Source: a virus. Taken from it: a stretch of DNA of 64,000 nt. Below, piece by piece: positions 47,313-57,192 of this stretch. The DNA is taken from the IMG/VR virus record IMGVR_UViG_3300032220_001630, positions 39,136 through 103,135 of that record; one strand, written 5' to 3'. The translations under genes were made by a program, and so were the position numbers. Position 1 is the first letter of the stretch, and every line of letters starts with the position of its first letter. Below the pieces are notes generated by a model. It was given only the letters and a program-made list of their open reading frames with translations. It ran no database searches and was not told where the DNA came from.

Positions 47313-47684
47313 ATGGCAAGATATTCAGAAATTTACCCTAGAAGTCCTGATGATCCTAATTATAAAGTTGGGCTTTTGCATACCGATGATGAGGTTGAAA
47401 TCCTAATCGGAATGATAAAGCAGTGCATGATGACTGCTCCAGGAGAGGTCCTAGGAGATCCTTATTTTGGAATAGATCTGGAGTCTCTTCTTTTCGATTT
47501 TGAGATTGATCAAAAAACCCTAGAAAGAGCTATAAGACTGCACCTTTTAACTTATGTTCCTTTAGCAGGGACTAAATATGATGTGGATTTTACTGTTGGA
47601 TTTTTTAAAGGTGAAACGAGAGATACTTGTGTCATTGATTTTGCTATAAGAGGAAACCCTATACTGGGGATTAAAATAATATAA
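47313..47684 (+). CDS. Baseplate wedge protein, gp25/GPW-like
   Basis: MTAPGEVLGDPYFGIDLESLLF...YVP. Confidence 0.82.
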   Translation: MARYSEIYPRSPDDPNYKVGLLHTDDEVEILIGMIKQCMMTAPGEVLGDPYFGIDLESLLFDFEIDQKTLERAIRLHLLTYVPLAGTKYDVDFTVGFFKGETRDTCVIDFAIRGNPILGIKII

Positions 47685-47685
47685 G

Positions 47686-49383
47686 ATGGATTTACTACAA
47701 AAAAATAAAGCGAAAATATCAGATCTGATAAGTCAAACATTTGATCTTATACAGGCTAGATATTCGATGTCAAACCAGCTATTCACGGTAGCTTCTGTTT
47801 GGGGACAGATCATATTTGTTCTAGACAACCTTTCTCAGTTTATCCTTTTCTTTATAGAGGATTCAATCACTGAGTTAAATATCAACCAGGCAACCAGAGA
47901 ATCTTCCATTTATGGTCTTGCTACTCTTGCAGGACACAACCCTACTCGAGCAATTTCTGCTAAAGGTGAGGTTGTTGTAACATGGAACGGAAAAGGATTT
48001 GAAGATATAGGTGGTGGAGCAATATTAATCCCTAATAACAGCGAGATTAAGTGTGTGAATAATGGAAAGATCTATCTTCTAAAATTACCTCAAGAGTATT
48101 TAAGAATAAATTTAGATCCTTCATCTAAAATAATAGCTTCGATAGTGGAAGGAACTATAAAAGTTAACCAGTACACTAGCGACGGTACAAAACTACAGAG
48201 CTTTAATATATCTGCAAGAGGAACTTCAAGTATAGAAAATTTTGAGGTTAGTGTTAAGGTCAATGGAGAGGAATGGAAAAAATACGATTCACTTTATGAT
48301 ATACCAAGAAATGCAAAGGGCTACATAGTAAAAAGCTCATTAATTTCGGGTATAGATATTTTCTTCGGAACTAATGACTTTGGATTTCCTCCTAATGCTG
48401 GAGCTATTATAGAAGTTACATATTTAGAGTCTACCGGGGCATTCGGTAATCTTTTAGTAGAAGACGCATATCAGGCATTAATGAATTTTGATTCTGATGG
48501 AACAGATCTTTTTGGAAGACAAATAACATTAAAAGATTATCTTCAAGTTTCTTGTAGCATTGCTCCTCAATTAGGTGCAAACCAAGAACCTGTTGACCTA
48601 ACAAGATTAATAGCTCCTAAAACTTCTAGAAGTTTTGTTTTAGCAAATCCAACTAACTATATTACTTTCTTTGAAAAGTTTGGACAATTTTCTATAATAG
48701 AAGCTTTTACAACATTTGATGACCAGTATATAGACGATGATAATATCATTTACTTAATCCTAGTCCCAGATATTTCATTAACTCTTAAGAGCAACGAAAC
48801 ATACTTTGACGTTCCTCTTTCTAGATTCAAATTAACTAAAACACAGACCGATAGAATTTATCAATTATTAGATGAGAGCGGTCAGAAAATAGTTACAACA
48901 GTAGTTAAAGTGCTAGATCCTTTATTGGTAAGATTCGTTGTTAACATAGCTATTACTATTTTCGAAGGAAATGATCCAGATACAATAAAATCACAGATTG
49001 TCAACATCTTAAGTGATTACTTCTTAAATATCAGAAGAAGAGATAAAATACCAAGATCTGATTTAATTGCTGCAATAGAAGGCATAGAAGGTATAGACTC
49101 TGTTTCCTTATATTTTGTTGGCGAGGAAAACGAAGCTGCAAAAACACAGAGTGCTAATTCACCAGAAATAGGATTTGATGAATTTGGAGATATAGTCATA
49201 GGTAAAGATCAAGTAGTAGTTATCTCTGGAGGATGGGAAGACAGAAATGGAATTTATTACGATTATGGAGCTAGTATGCAAACACTATCTTCTGTAAATA
49301 TAGATGTTAGATCTATAGTTCCAGTTACTTATAACACAAGGGTAAACAATATCCTTAAAAATTCACTAAAAACAGGTAATTAA
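47686..49383 (+). CDS. Baseplate wedge protein, gp6/baseplate-J-like
   Basis: ATRESSIYGLATLAGHNPTRAISAKG, IFFGTNDFG, IEVTYLESTGAFGN, SDLIAAIEGIEGIDSV. Confidence 0.82.
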   Translation: MDLLQKNKAKISDLISQTFDLIQARYSMSNQLFTVASVWGQIIFVLDNLSQFILFFIEDSITELNINQATRESSIYGLATLAGHNPTRAISAKGEVVVTWNGKGFEDIGGGAILIPNNSEIKCVNNGKIYLLKLPQEYLRINLDPSSKIIASIVEGTIKVNQYTSDGTKLQSFNISARGTSSIENFEVSVKVNGEEWKKYDSLYDIPRNAKGYIVKSSLISGIDIFFGTNDFGFPPNAGAIIEVTYLESTGAFGNLLVEDAYQALMNFDSDGTDLFGRQITLKDYLQVSCSIAPQLGANQEPVDLTRLIAPKTSRSFVLANPTNYITFFEKFGQFSIIEAFTTFDDQYIDDDNIIYLILVPDISLTLKSNETYFDVPLSRFKLTKTQTDRIYQLLDESGQKIVTTVVKVLDPLLVRFVVNIAITIFEGNDPDTIKSQIVNILSDYFLNIRRRDKIPRSDLIAAIEGIEGIDSVSLYFVGEENEAAKTQSANSPEIGFDEFGDIVIGKDQVVVISGGWEDRNGIYYDYGASMQTLSSVNIDVRSIVPVTYNTRVNNILKNSLKTGN

Positions 49384-49384
49384 A

Positions 49385-49633
49385 ATGGCAGATAAAAAAA
49401 GTTGGTACGATTTCATAAGAACACAAAACGAGATTAGATCTAATGTCGGATTTGATTATGAAGGTAAGATATTTGAAAAAACATTATCTAACCAATTATT
49501 GAACGGGGATGAGAATAGGGTTTTAATACTTGCTAGTATTGAGAAGGTTGTTAATCAATTATTTGAAACCACTAAGTATATAAAGAACTATATTAATTAC
49601 ACTGTTCCTAAAAATAATAAGTACGTAAGATAA
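49385..49633 (+). CDS. Small baseplate-region protein
   Basis: 82-aa ORF with 1-nt gaps to both neighbours. Confidence 0.7.
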   Translation: MADKKSWYDFIRTQNEIRSNVGFDYEGKIFEKTLSNQLLNGDENRVLILASIEKVVNQLFETTKYIKNYINYTVPKNNKYVR

Positions 49634-49634
49634 A

Positions 49635-52600
49635 ATGACAACTCAGAATCTTTTATTCTTTGATAAAAAAGGAGAACAATATAACTTTGAATGGAATGGA
49701 AATTTCTGGGAGGGATCTGTTTTATTTCCTATAGTTTCAGAAAAGCTTTTCGAAATAGAGCATATTTTCATCATTGAAAAATTCCTAGATAATGTTGGTG
49801 ATACTAAATATGGATTTCCACATAGCTATGGAATAAGTCCAGGAAATCCAATCTGGAGAACAAAATGGGAATCTGCTTACGATGGAAAAGTAGATGTATC
49901 CTCTATCTTATTTACCTACGAGCTTGGTATAGATCCAGTTTTAGATGCACCATATCTCGTAAAAACACAGAACGTAGAATTCTACCCTGAGGTTGTTGCG
50001 GGAGATACTATAAGTTCACCTAGTGGGATAGTTGTTACCTCTGATATCACTTCATCTTCGATGCAGATTAATATTGCACTTAATTCTGACGCTGAAGGTG
50101 TATACGATAGAACATTAATACTAGAGGATTATACGGATCCGAACAATCCTGTTACTATATTAAAGGTAAATTTTCATGGTGAGGTAGAAGGGGAAGATTC
50201 CAGACTATCTGTTCTTCTGGATAACTTCGGAAGATCTTTTGTTGAATCTGATTCTTTTATAGTAAGAGATACTGACATAAAAGAGCCTCTTCCTAATTTT
50301 GAGATAATAAACAAAAAAAGAAAGGAATTACTTCTAACTGGCGAAAGTATATTTCCTTATTTGGGATCTTATAAATCTCTTTTTAATGCTATAAAATTCT
50401 TTGGTTATTATGACTTAAGAATAAAAGAGTATTGGTTAAATGTCAAAGTTGACTCAGCTGATGTGTTGACACCTTTACAGCAAAATTCTAAAATTTTAAC
50501 CCAGTTAGCAAAACCTAATTTAGAGGGACAAAATTCACTAGAGCTGATAAGTAGTTTATTAAAAGACGAAAATGAGGGAAAATTTAAGCATGTAGAAATT
50601 TACGGGAAAAGAAAGGATGGTTCATTTGGATTAAAAAAGCAGTTCGAAGAAATATTTCCTTCTAAATCATATAAGAAAACTTCTCTTTTTGGTTTATTCT
50701 ATGATATTAATAGAGTAGTAGAAGATCAAGACGAAGATCAATACGGATATCCTATAGTTGAAGATGCTTTCATGTTCAGTCCAGAGGAGGTTTTATTAAA
50801 GCTTTTCGGGTTAAAAGAAAGATTAAAAAGAGATTACCTTCCTTTAAATGCTAGAATAGTAGATATAACAGGAGAAGGTGTATACTTTAATATTTATAAA
50901 ACAAGAGGATGGGTAGATCAGTTAGGGATAGATGAAGTAAAAACTGGTATAAAAGTAGACTTTACTGTTTTTCCTAATGATGGATACGTCGAGGATCTAA
51001 GAGTTTTCTACACTAAGCCTAATCAAAATGGTCTTCTTTATCCAGCCATTAATGGTCCAGAAGAAGGAATTAGCTACTACGGAAATACGATAGAACCTTA
51101 TTCATATTTTCAAAAATATCCAGTTTCTAATATACCACTTCTAACTGATGCTATACAAAAATTCTATACTGACGTTGAAAGTGGTGCGATGCCTAAATTC
51201 TTAGGTGACGGTGATTATGATCCACCTGGGTATAAATTATACGAAACAGGCGAGGAATATGTTTTCCCTGCAGGCTGTCCTGTTATAATCAAGGATAACA
51301 CATTCGATTTAACTTGGGATGAACTTAGCGTAATTTGGCAGGGATTAGATCCTACTATAACTACTGATACCTTCGATGTAGCTAGTTACACTAGTACCAC
51401 GTCAAGTAATCCTGGTACACCTTTACAATCTGTAAATAGCTCTACTAATTTTACAATAAACAGTACTTTACCACAAACTGCTAATTTTAATATAGGATTG
51501 GGTAATACTTGGTTTAGTCCAGTAGGAACGGAAATCGTTTTTGTAAGAATAGAATCTGTTACTTCTCCTGGAAATTTAATTCTAGGCTATTGCACATCTG
51601 CTGATTATAATCCAGCTACTGGTAGCTTAACAGTTCAGATTATATCTAAGAGAGGTAGTGGAACATATTCAAATTGGAAAGTATCTCCAACTAATATTTC
51701 TACCTCTACTTATGAGTTTACATATTTTATGAATTATGTACACTCAGGAGGATTTTATTCATGGAGTAGATTGCCATTCTTAGATTTCTATGAAATAGAA
51801 TGGACTATTTATAAAAATGATGATAGACCTTATTATTTCCAAATAAGAGGTGGACTTCCTGATTTAGAAACTTTACCTCACTTTTTACCATATACTGGTG
51901 AATACAATGTTCAGTGCAGAGTATGGGACACATTAAATTCTATTTCACTTGGAATTAAAAGAAGTGTAATAAAGGTAGGAAAGAGAGAAATTGAGTTAAA
52001 CACTATAACAAGATATAGAGAGTCTGAAAAATACGATTGGGAAAATATGCCATTGAAATGGGATAGCTATCCTTCTCAATGGATATGGCCAGTTGAAAAC
52101 ACTGACAAAACCGATAATATATCTGACTTTATTCAAAATTTCCCAGAATATTCTAATAACTATAATGAAGGGCAAACATGCGAGGTTTTAAGTAAAGTTG
52201 CTGAGATTAAAGCTACTTCTACCTTTGATTTATCTGCTTCATCAATTGCTATAAGTACTATACAGAGTAATCCAGTAGGTGGTGGATATTCTTTTGCTGT
52301 AGTAACAACATCAGCACCTCATGGATATTCTTCAGGGGATACTGTTTGGATAAAAGATATTCCTTCGACAGGGGATTCTTATGGGCAATTTCCTATAACT
52401 GTATTATCTAGTACTACTTTTGAGATCCCGCAAATAATTATAACTGCTATATCTGGTGGAAATGTTTATGGACCAGGTAATGTAAAAATTATAGCAGATG
52501 GAACAGAAATAGCAAACACTAATTTTCAGGGAGACTTAAATTCAACTGTTGGGTTAGTATACAACTCTATAAACACTTCTTTAGTTCTTCCTAAGTGTAA

Positions 52601-55600
52601 GATTATAAGCTTAACTGATTCTGTTACTCCTGGAAGTAAAACTTTTGTTATACAAGCTCCTAATAATAGCGGATCTTTATGGAACGGAAAAACATTAGTT
52701 ATACAAACTACTGGATGTTTATCTGCTACACCTACTAATACTACTTTTAGTGGTGGAGTAAACGAAAAAGAAGAATATTTACCATATGATTTTAATAGTC
52801 CTCCTAATCCAGTAATGAAATATTGGGGAACTAAAAAATTATGTTGGGACACTTTTGAAGATTTCGAATTCGCTAAAGCATATGCCCATACTTGGGACAT
52901 GTATGATTACCATAACGATTGGTTGGGTGGATTTGATTTATATGCTCTTCAATATGGAGATAGAGTAAGAGTATCTTCAGAGACTAATGGAATTGTTTTC
53001 GGAGAAACATCATCCCCTGGAAATAGTTACTTAGGATTATGGGAAGCAGCAGAGCAATTAAATAATTCAACAGATGAGAACATAAAGAGATTTAATTATG
53101 AGGTTAGAGGGTTTTCAGAACTTCCTAATGCTTTCTATCCTAATTCTAATTACATTTCTCCTGAGATTGAATCTGATGCAGGTCCTCAGAATTTCAGATC
53201 ATCTATATTCCAAAGTCCTAAAAGCACTCCGTTTACTGGGACTGCTTTTGATGGTAATGGTGATATATGGATAACTGGAGAGGATCTAATGAAGTTCGAC
53301 GGAGCTAACTTTACCGTTTATGATTCATCTAATAGCGTAATGCCTGCTCCTGGTACGTTCACAAATTGTATTAAAATAGACAGAGATGATAATATATGGG
53401 TAGGGTGTGAATTAGTAAATACCCCACTTATAAAAATAAATCAAAAATACCCTAATGAGAGTATTGCTTTTGATGTTACGGATTTTATTGATAATTCAGG
53501 AAATCCCGTTATTGGCAATTCACCTTCAACTATTTTTGATCTAGAAATAAATCCTAATAATGGGGATATTTTCTGTGCAATTACGGTAGGGGCAACTCCA
53601 GGGGAAGAAGGACTATTATACTATGATGGATCTGCTAAATCTTGGAAATTTTTTGATCCCGCTAATTCAAATTTAGTTTCAGGAACAATATATGATCTTA
53701 AGATTGAATACGTTTCTATTAATAAGTGGTATTTATGGATTGCAACTTTAAATGGATTATCTAGATTTGATGGAGTAGATTTTAAAAACTATACGGTTTT
53801 AAATTCAGGATTACCTGATAACGCGGTACACTCTATATCTATAGATAAATTAGGACATAAGTGGCTTGGTTGTAAGGATAATTTAGTTTATTGGGATAAT
53901 ATCAGATGGAAAGTTTGGAATTCGACAACTAATCCTGAGCTATCCGCGATAAGTTTTTTTCTTGAAGTTGTTGATTCTGGTAATTCAAATATATGGTTTA
54001 TTGGTAAGGATAGTAATAGCCTCTGGAGTTTTGATGGATATAATTTCAGAGAATTCCTATACAGAAATGATGGAACTACTTTAATTGAACCAAACTTTAA
54101 TCCGTTTGGTGAATTGATAACTATAGCTCCATGGAAAACAATAAAAGAAGGGTTTACTGTTTATCCTAAAAATCTAATCTATGGAACTATTTATGGGGAA
54201 TTAATAATTAGTGATTATGTGATTCCTCATATACATGCAACATCTACCCAACCAGGAACTAATGGATGGGATTTCGTCTATCATGAGACATCTGATCCTA
54301 TGCCTTCTATTGGATATATTTATAATTCAGGTGTAGGAGAATCTCAGATAGGATTTAACTTCGTACTAGGGCCTTTAAATGATAATATAACTTTAAATTC
54401 TGAATACACAAGACCAGTGATGGCTAATGTTGATAGAAATTCATGGTATAAGCCTATTTGGCAGCGTTATACGATCGATTATTTAAAGAATCAGTTCCCA
54501 TCATTAAATATCGACGATGTCTTCTTATATGCGCCATTAAGAGATATTTTAAATGGCAAGGCAACTAAAGAGAGCTATTGGAGGAATAATCAGATTGAGA
54601 GAATTGCTAAGAAAAAATCTAGAGATCTATTTCAAAACTTCGAATGGCTTATTGCAATAGGTAAAAACAATGACGACCAAGGAACAAAGATTTCAATAGA
54701 TTCAGAAGGTGATATTATAGCGGTTGGAGATTTCTCTGGTACTATTTATATGGGTGAAGTTAATAATGTGGCTTCTCAGGATGTTAGTCTTAGTAGTTCT
54801 GGTCATGGCGTATTTATTGGTAAATATAATTCAGGAGGGGTTCTTCAATGGGCTAGAGCTATAACATACGGTGGTGCACCATCGATTGGAAATTATGCTA
54901 GATCGGTAATTACTGATAAAAATGATAACATATACGTGGTTTATGATAATAATCAGGGCAACTATATGAGGATGAGAAAATATGACCGAGACGGAAATTT
55001 ACTTTTAACTGCAACACTTTTATCTGTTCCAACGAATAGCTTCCACTACATTGGTGACATAAAGGTAGACCAATACGAGAATCTTTACATCTGTGGTAGC
55101 TTCAAAGGTGATTTACGCTTGAACTCTGGGACAAATTCTATATTAAATTCAGTTCAAGAGGTTGGGTACATTATGAAATTTGATGCCTCTTACAATTTAA
55201 TATGGGCTAAACAGCTTGGTAATAACTACTATTCTAGATCATATGAATTATCAGTTTTAAAAGACGGTGATATTTATGTAGCTGGTATTTTTGATACTGA
55301 GTTAGATCTTGGAAACTCAACATTAACGAGCACTAGTAATTCGGATATGTTTTTAGGGAAATTCTCAGGATCTGATGGAACTTGTATTTGGTCAGAATCC
55401 TTTGCTGATAATTCCACAACAACTTTCTCCGAGGTTTCTATAACAATGGATAAGAAGGAACACATACTTTTAACTGGAGGATTCCAAGGAACTATTAACA
55501 TGGAAGGAAATAAATTAAGCTCCTTCCCTGGATCAACCGATATATTTGTATTAAAAATACTTTCTACCGGTAAATTGATATGGATGAAAATGTGTGGAGG

Positions 55601-56408
55601 AGCATCTGGTGATACTGCTTATGATATAGAGTCTGATTCAGAAGAGAATGTTTACATAACAGGTAGCTATACATCTCCTGCATATTTCTCCCCTGAGGTG
55701 ATTAACTCTAGAGGAGGATCTGATATTTTCCTAACTAAGTTTAATAAGGATGGTACATTAGTAGATATTGTTACTGCTGGTGGAAGTAACAATGACAGAG
55801 GAGCGGATTTGGTAATGGATAAGGACGAGAACCTATACATAACAGGTTACTTCCAAGGTGAGGGAGAATTTTCTCCGTATTTGGCATCTCCTCCGGGAAA
55901 TTATCTAGATGCTTTCTTAGGTAAAATCCCTAAGGAAAGATTCCAATCTGGATATAATATAGGATCGATTCAATCATGGCTAGGATCTCATTCATGGTCA
56001 TGGAGAGACGAAGTATTTTATGACGAGGAATTTGAAATACCTCTCGCAACTACTATTTTTATAAATCCTATAGATTCTTTAATACCAGGTAAGAAAAACC
56101 ATATATGGACTTTAACTGATACTGAGACCGGGGAAGATATAGCTAAGATAAGAAAAACCCCTTACTTCATTTGGACTTTTACTAAGCCTGGTTTTTACAG
56201 TGTTTCTTGCTCGTTACAGGACGCAAATGGAAACATATATGAAACACAGCATAAAGGGAAAATACGTGTAATAGATCATAAAGAAGCTTATGCTGGAGAC
56301 CTTATTCCAGATGTAGTAAATCCAAATGACTATCTCCTCAGATCAATCTACTACAATAGAGAAGAAATGGGGTTTCCCCCATTAAATCCCTTTGAAGTTA
56401 CTGCTTAA
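49635..56408 (+). CDS. Giant baseplate wedge (gp7/tail-I-like) protein with inserted PKD-like, Reg_prop and SBBP beta-propeller modules
   Basis: GSYKSLFNAIKFFGY..LRIKEYW; NSGLPDNAVHSISIDKLGHKWLG; repeated D-x-x-x-N-x-Y-I-T-G-x-F/Y; WTFTKPGFYSVSCSLQDANGN. Confidence 0.75.
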   Translation: MTTQNLLFFDKKGEQYNFEWNGNFWEGSVLFPIVSEKLFEIEHIFIIEKFLDNVGDTKYGFPHSYGISPGNPIWRTKWESAYDGKVDVSSILFTYELGIDPVLDAPYLVKTQNVEFYPEVVAGDTISSPSGIVVTSDITSSSMQINIALNSDAEGVYDRTLILEDYTDPNNPVTILKVNFHGEVEGEDSRLSVLLDNFGRSFVESDSFIVRDTDIKEPLPNFEIINKKRKELLLTGESIFPYLGSYKSLFNAIKFFGYYDLRIKEYWLNVKVDSADVLTPLQQNSKILTQLAKPNLEGQNSLELISSLLKDENEGKFKHVEIYGKRKDGSFGLKKQFEEIFPSKSYKKTSLFGLFYDINRVVEDQDEDQYGYPIVEDAFMFSPEEVLLKLFGLKERLKRDYLPLNARIVDITGEGVYFNIYKTRGWVDQLGIDEVKTGIKVDFTVFPNDGYVEDLRVFYTKPNQNGLLYPAINGPEEGISYYGNTIEPYSYFQKYPVSNIPLLTDAIQKFYTDVESGAMPKFLGDGDYDPPGYKLYETGEEYVFPAGCPVIIKDNTFDLTWDELSVIWQGLDPTITTDTFDVASYTSTTSSNPGTPLQSVNSSTNFTINSTLPQTANFNIGLGNTWFSPVGTEIVFVRIESVTSPGNLILGYCTSADYNPATGSLTVQIISKRGSGTYSNWKVSPTNISTSTYEFTYFMNYVHSGGFYSWSRLPFLDFYEIEWTIYKNDDRPYYFQIRGGLPDLETLPHFLPYTGEYNVQCRVWDTLNSISLGIKRSVIKVGKREIELNTITRYRESEKYDWENMPLKWDSYPSQWIWPVENTDKTDNISDFIQNFPEYSNNYNEGQTCEVLSKVAEIKATSTFDLSASSIAISTIQSNPVGGGYSFAVVTTSAPHGYSSGDTVWIKDIPSTGDSYGQFPITVLSSTTFEIPQIIITAISGGNVYGPGNVKIIADGTEIANTNFQGDLNSTVGLVYNSINTSLVLPKCKIISLTDSVTPGSKTFVIQAPNNSGSLWNGKTLVIQTTGCLSATPTNTTFSGGVNEKEEYLPYDFNSPPNPVMKYWGTKKLCWDTFEDFEFAKAYAHTWDMYDYHNDWLGGFDLYALQYGDRVRVSSETNGIVFGETSSPGNSYLGLWEAAEQLNNSTDENIKRFNYEVRGFSELPNAFYPNSNYISPEIESDAGPQNFRSSIFQSPKSTPFTGTAFDGNGDIWITGEDLMKFDGANFTVYDSSNSVMPAPGTFTNCIKIDRDDNIWVGCELVNTPLIKINQKYPNESIAFDVTDFIDNSGNPVIGNSPSTIFDLEINPNNGDIFCAITVGATPGEEGLLYYDGSAKSWKFFDPANSNLVSGTIYDLKIEYVSINKWYLWIATLNGLSRFDGVDFKNYTVLNSGLPDNAVHSISIDKLGHKWLGCKDNLVYWDNIRWKVWNSTTNPELSAISFFLEVVDSGNSNIWFIGKDSNSLWSFDGYNFREFLYRNDGTTLIEPNFNPFGELITIAPWKTIKEGFTVYPKNLIYGTIYGELIISDYVIPHIHATSTQPGTNGWDFVYHETSDPMPSIGYIYNSGVGESQIGFNFVLGPLNDNITLNSEYTRPVMANVDRNSWYKPIWQRYTIDYLKNQFPSLNIDDVFLYAPLRDILNGKATKESYWRNNQIERIAKKKSRDLFQNFEWLIAIGKNNDDQGTKISIDSEGDIIAVGDFSGTIYMGEVNNVASQDVSLSSSGHGVFIGKYNSGGVLQWARAITYGGAPSIGNYARSVITDKNDNIYVVYDNNQGNYMRMRKYDRDGNLLLTATLLSVPTNSFHYIGDIKVDQYENLYICGSFKGDLRLNSGTNSILNSVQEVGYIMKFDASYNLIWAKQLGNNYYSRSYELSVLKDGDIYVAGIFDTELDLGNSTLTSTSNSDMFLGKFSGSDGTCIWSESFADNSTTTFSEVSITMDKKEHILLTGGFQGTINMEGNKLSSFPGSTDIFVLKILSTGKLIWMKMCGGASGDTAYDIESDSEENVYITGSYTSPAYFSPEVINSRGGSDIFLTKFNKDGTLVDIVTAGGSNNDRGADLVMDKDENLYITGYFQGEGEFSPYLASPPGNYLDAFLGKIPKERFQSGYNIGSIQSWLGSHSWSWRDEVFYDEEFEIPLATTIFINPIDSLIPGKKNHIWTLTDTETGEDIAKIRKTPYFIWTFTKPGFYSVSCSLQDANGNIYETQHKGKIRVIDHKEAYAGDLIPDVVNPNDYLLRSIYYNREEMGFPPLNPFEVTA

Positions 56409-57080
56409 TTAAGTGGTATATTCTTTATAAACGTCTAGAATATCTGGAACTATAGGATGTCTGTGATTTTTCTTCAATGTAATAACCTTAACACCTTGTA
56501 CTCTTGATGCTAGTGTGTTCATAAAATCTAATCCTGATTCCTTCTTGTTCTTAAGATCTATCTGTGAAGTATCTCCACATATGATCATTTTTGATCCTAT
56601 ACCTAATCTTCCAAGAACCATCTCCATTTGATTCATAGTTACGTTTTGTGCTTCGTCTACTACTACACAAGAATTAACTAATGTTCTACCTCTCATGAAA
56701 GGGAAGGGAAGAATTTCTATGATGCCATCCGCTAAAAGCTTTTCTATTTTTTGCTTTTCGTATAGCATTTCTAGATTTGAATAGATTGGTGCTAACCACG
56801 GATCCATTTTTTCTTTTAGATCACCGGGTAAAAATCCGATGTCCTCTTTTGCCACTGTGGGTCTTGTAATTACTACCTTTTCAATTTCCCTAGTGAATAA
56901 AAGATCTAAAGCTATCTGAACAGCCAATAGCGTTTTACCGGATCCTGCAGATCCTTTTAAAACGTTTACTGGGTTTTCAAGAATAATTCTTTTAGCCTCT
57001 TTTTGTTCTTCGTTAAGGGTAATTTTGAATTTGATAGGACCCTTGGGTTTTCTCTTTTGTGTCCAATTGCTTTCTGTCAT
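56409..57080 (-). CDS. phoH: PhoH family ATPase
   Basis: GSAGSGKT, ITRP, GFLPGDLKEKMDPW, FMRGRT, VDEAQN, GDTSQIDL, RHPIV. Confidence 0.95.
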   Translation of the reverse strand: MTESNWTQKRKPKGPIKFKITLNEEQKEAKRIILENPVNVLKGSAGSGKTLLAVQIALDLLFTREIEKVVITRPTVAKEDIGFLPGDLKEKMDPWLAPIYSNLEMLYEKQKIEKLLADGIIEILPFPFMRGRTLVNSCVVVDEAQNVTMNQMEMVLGRLGIGSKMIICGDTSQIDLKNKKESGLDFMNTLASRVQGVKVITLKKNHRHPIVPDILDVYKEYTT

Positions 57081-57100
57081 GGAAAAACTCCTTTTTTTTA

Positions 57101-57173
57101 GAAACTACTTGCGTGTTTTCGTGTTTAATAAATGGCCTGTACTTTTCCTATCTGAATCCGTACAGGATATATA
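57101..57173 (+). promoter_or_regulatory. Tandem class II and class I motifs upstream of 57193
   Basis: GAAAC-N18-TTTAAT (57101-57129) and GATATATA (57166-57173). Confidence 0.55.
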
Positions 57174-57192
57174 TCAAAAAAAGAAAAATCAA

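Noticed and set aside
57025-57192. N-terminal extension of the 57025-58092 ORF
   Set aside because: It overlaps phoH and the promoter motifs; ATG 57193 is the better start.
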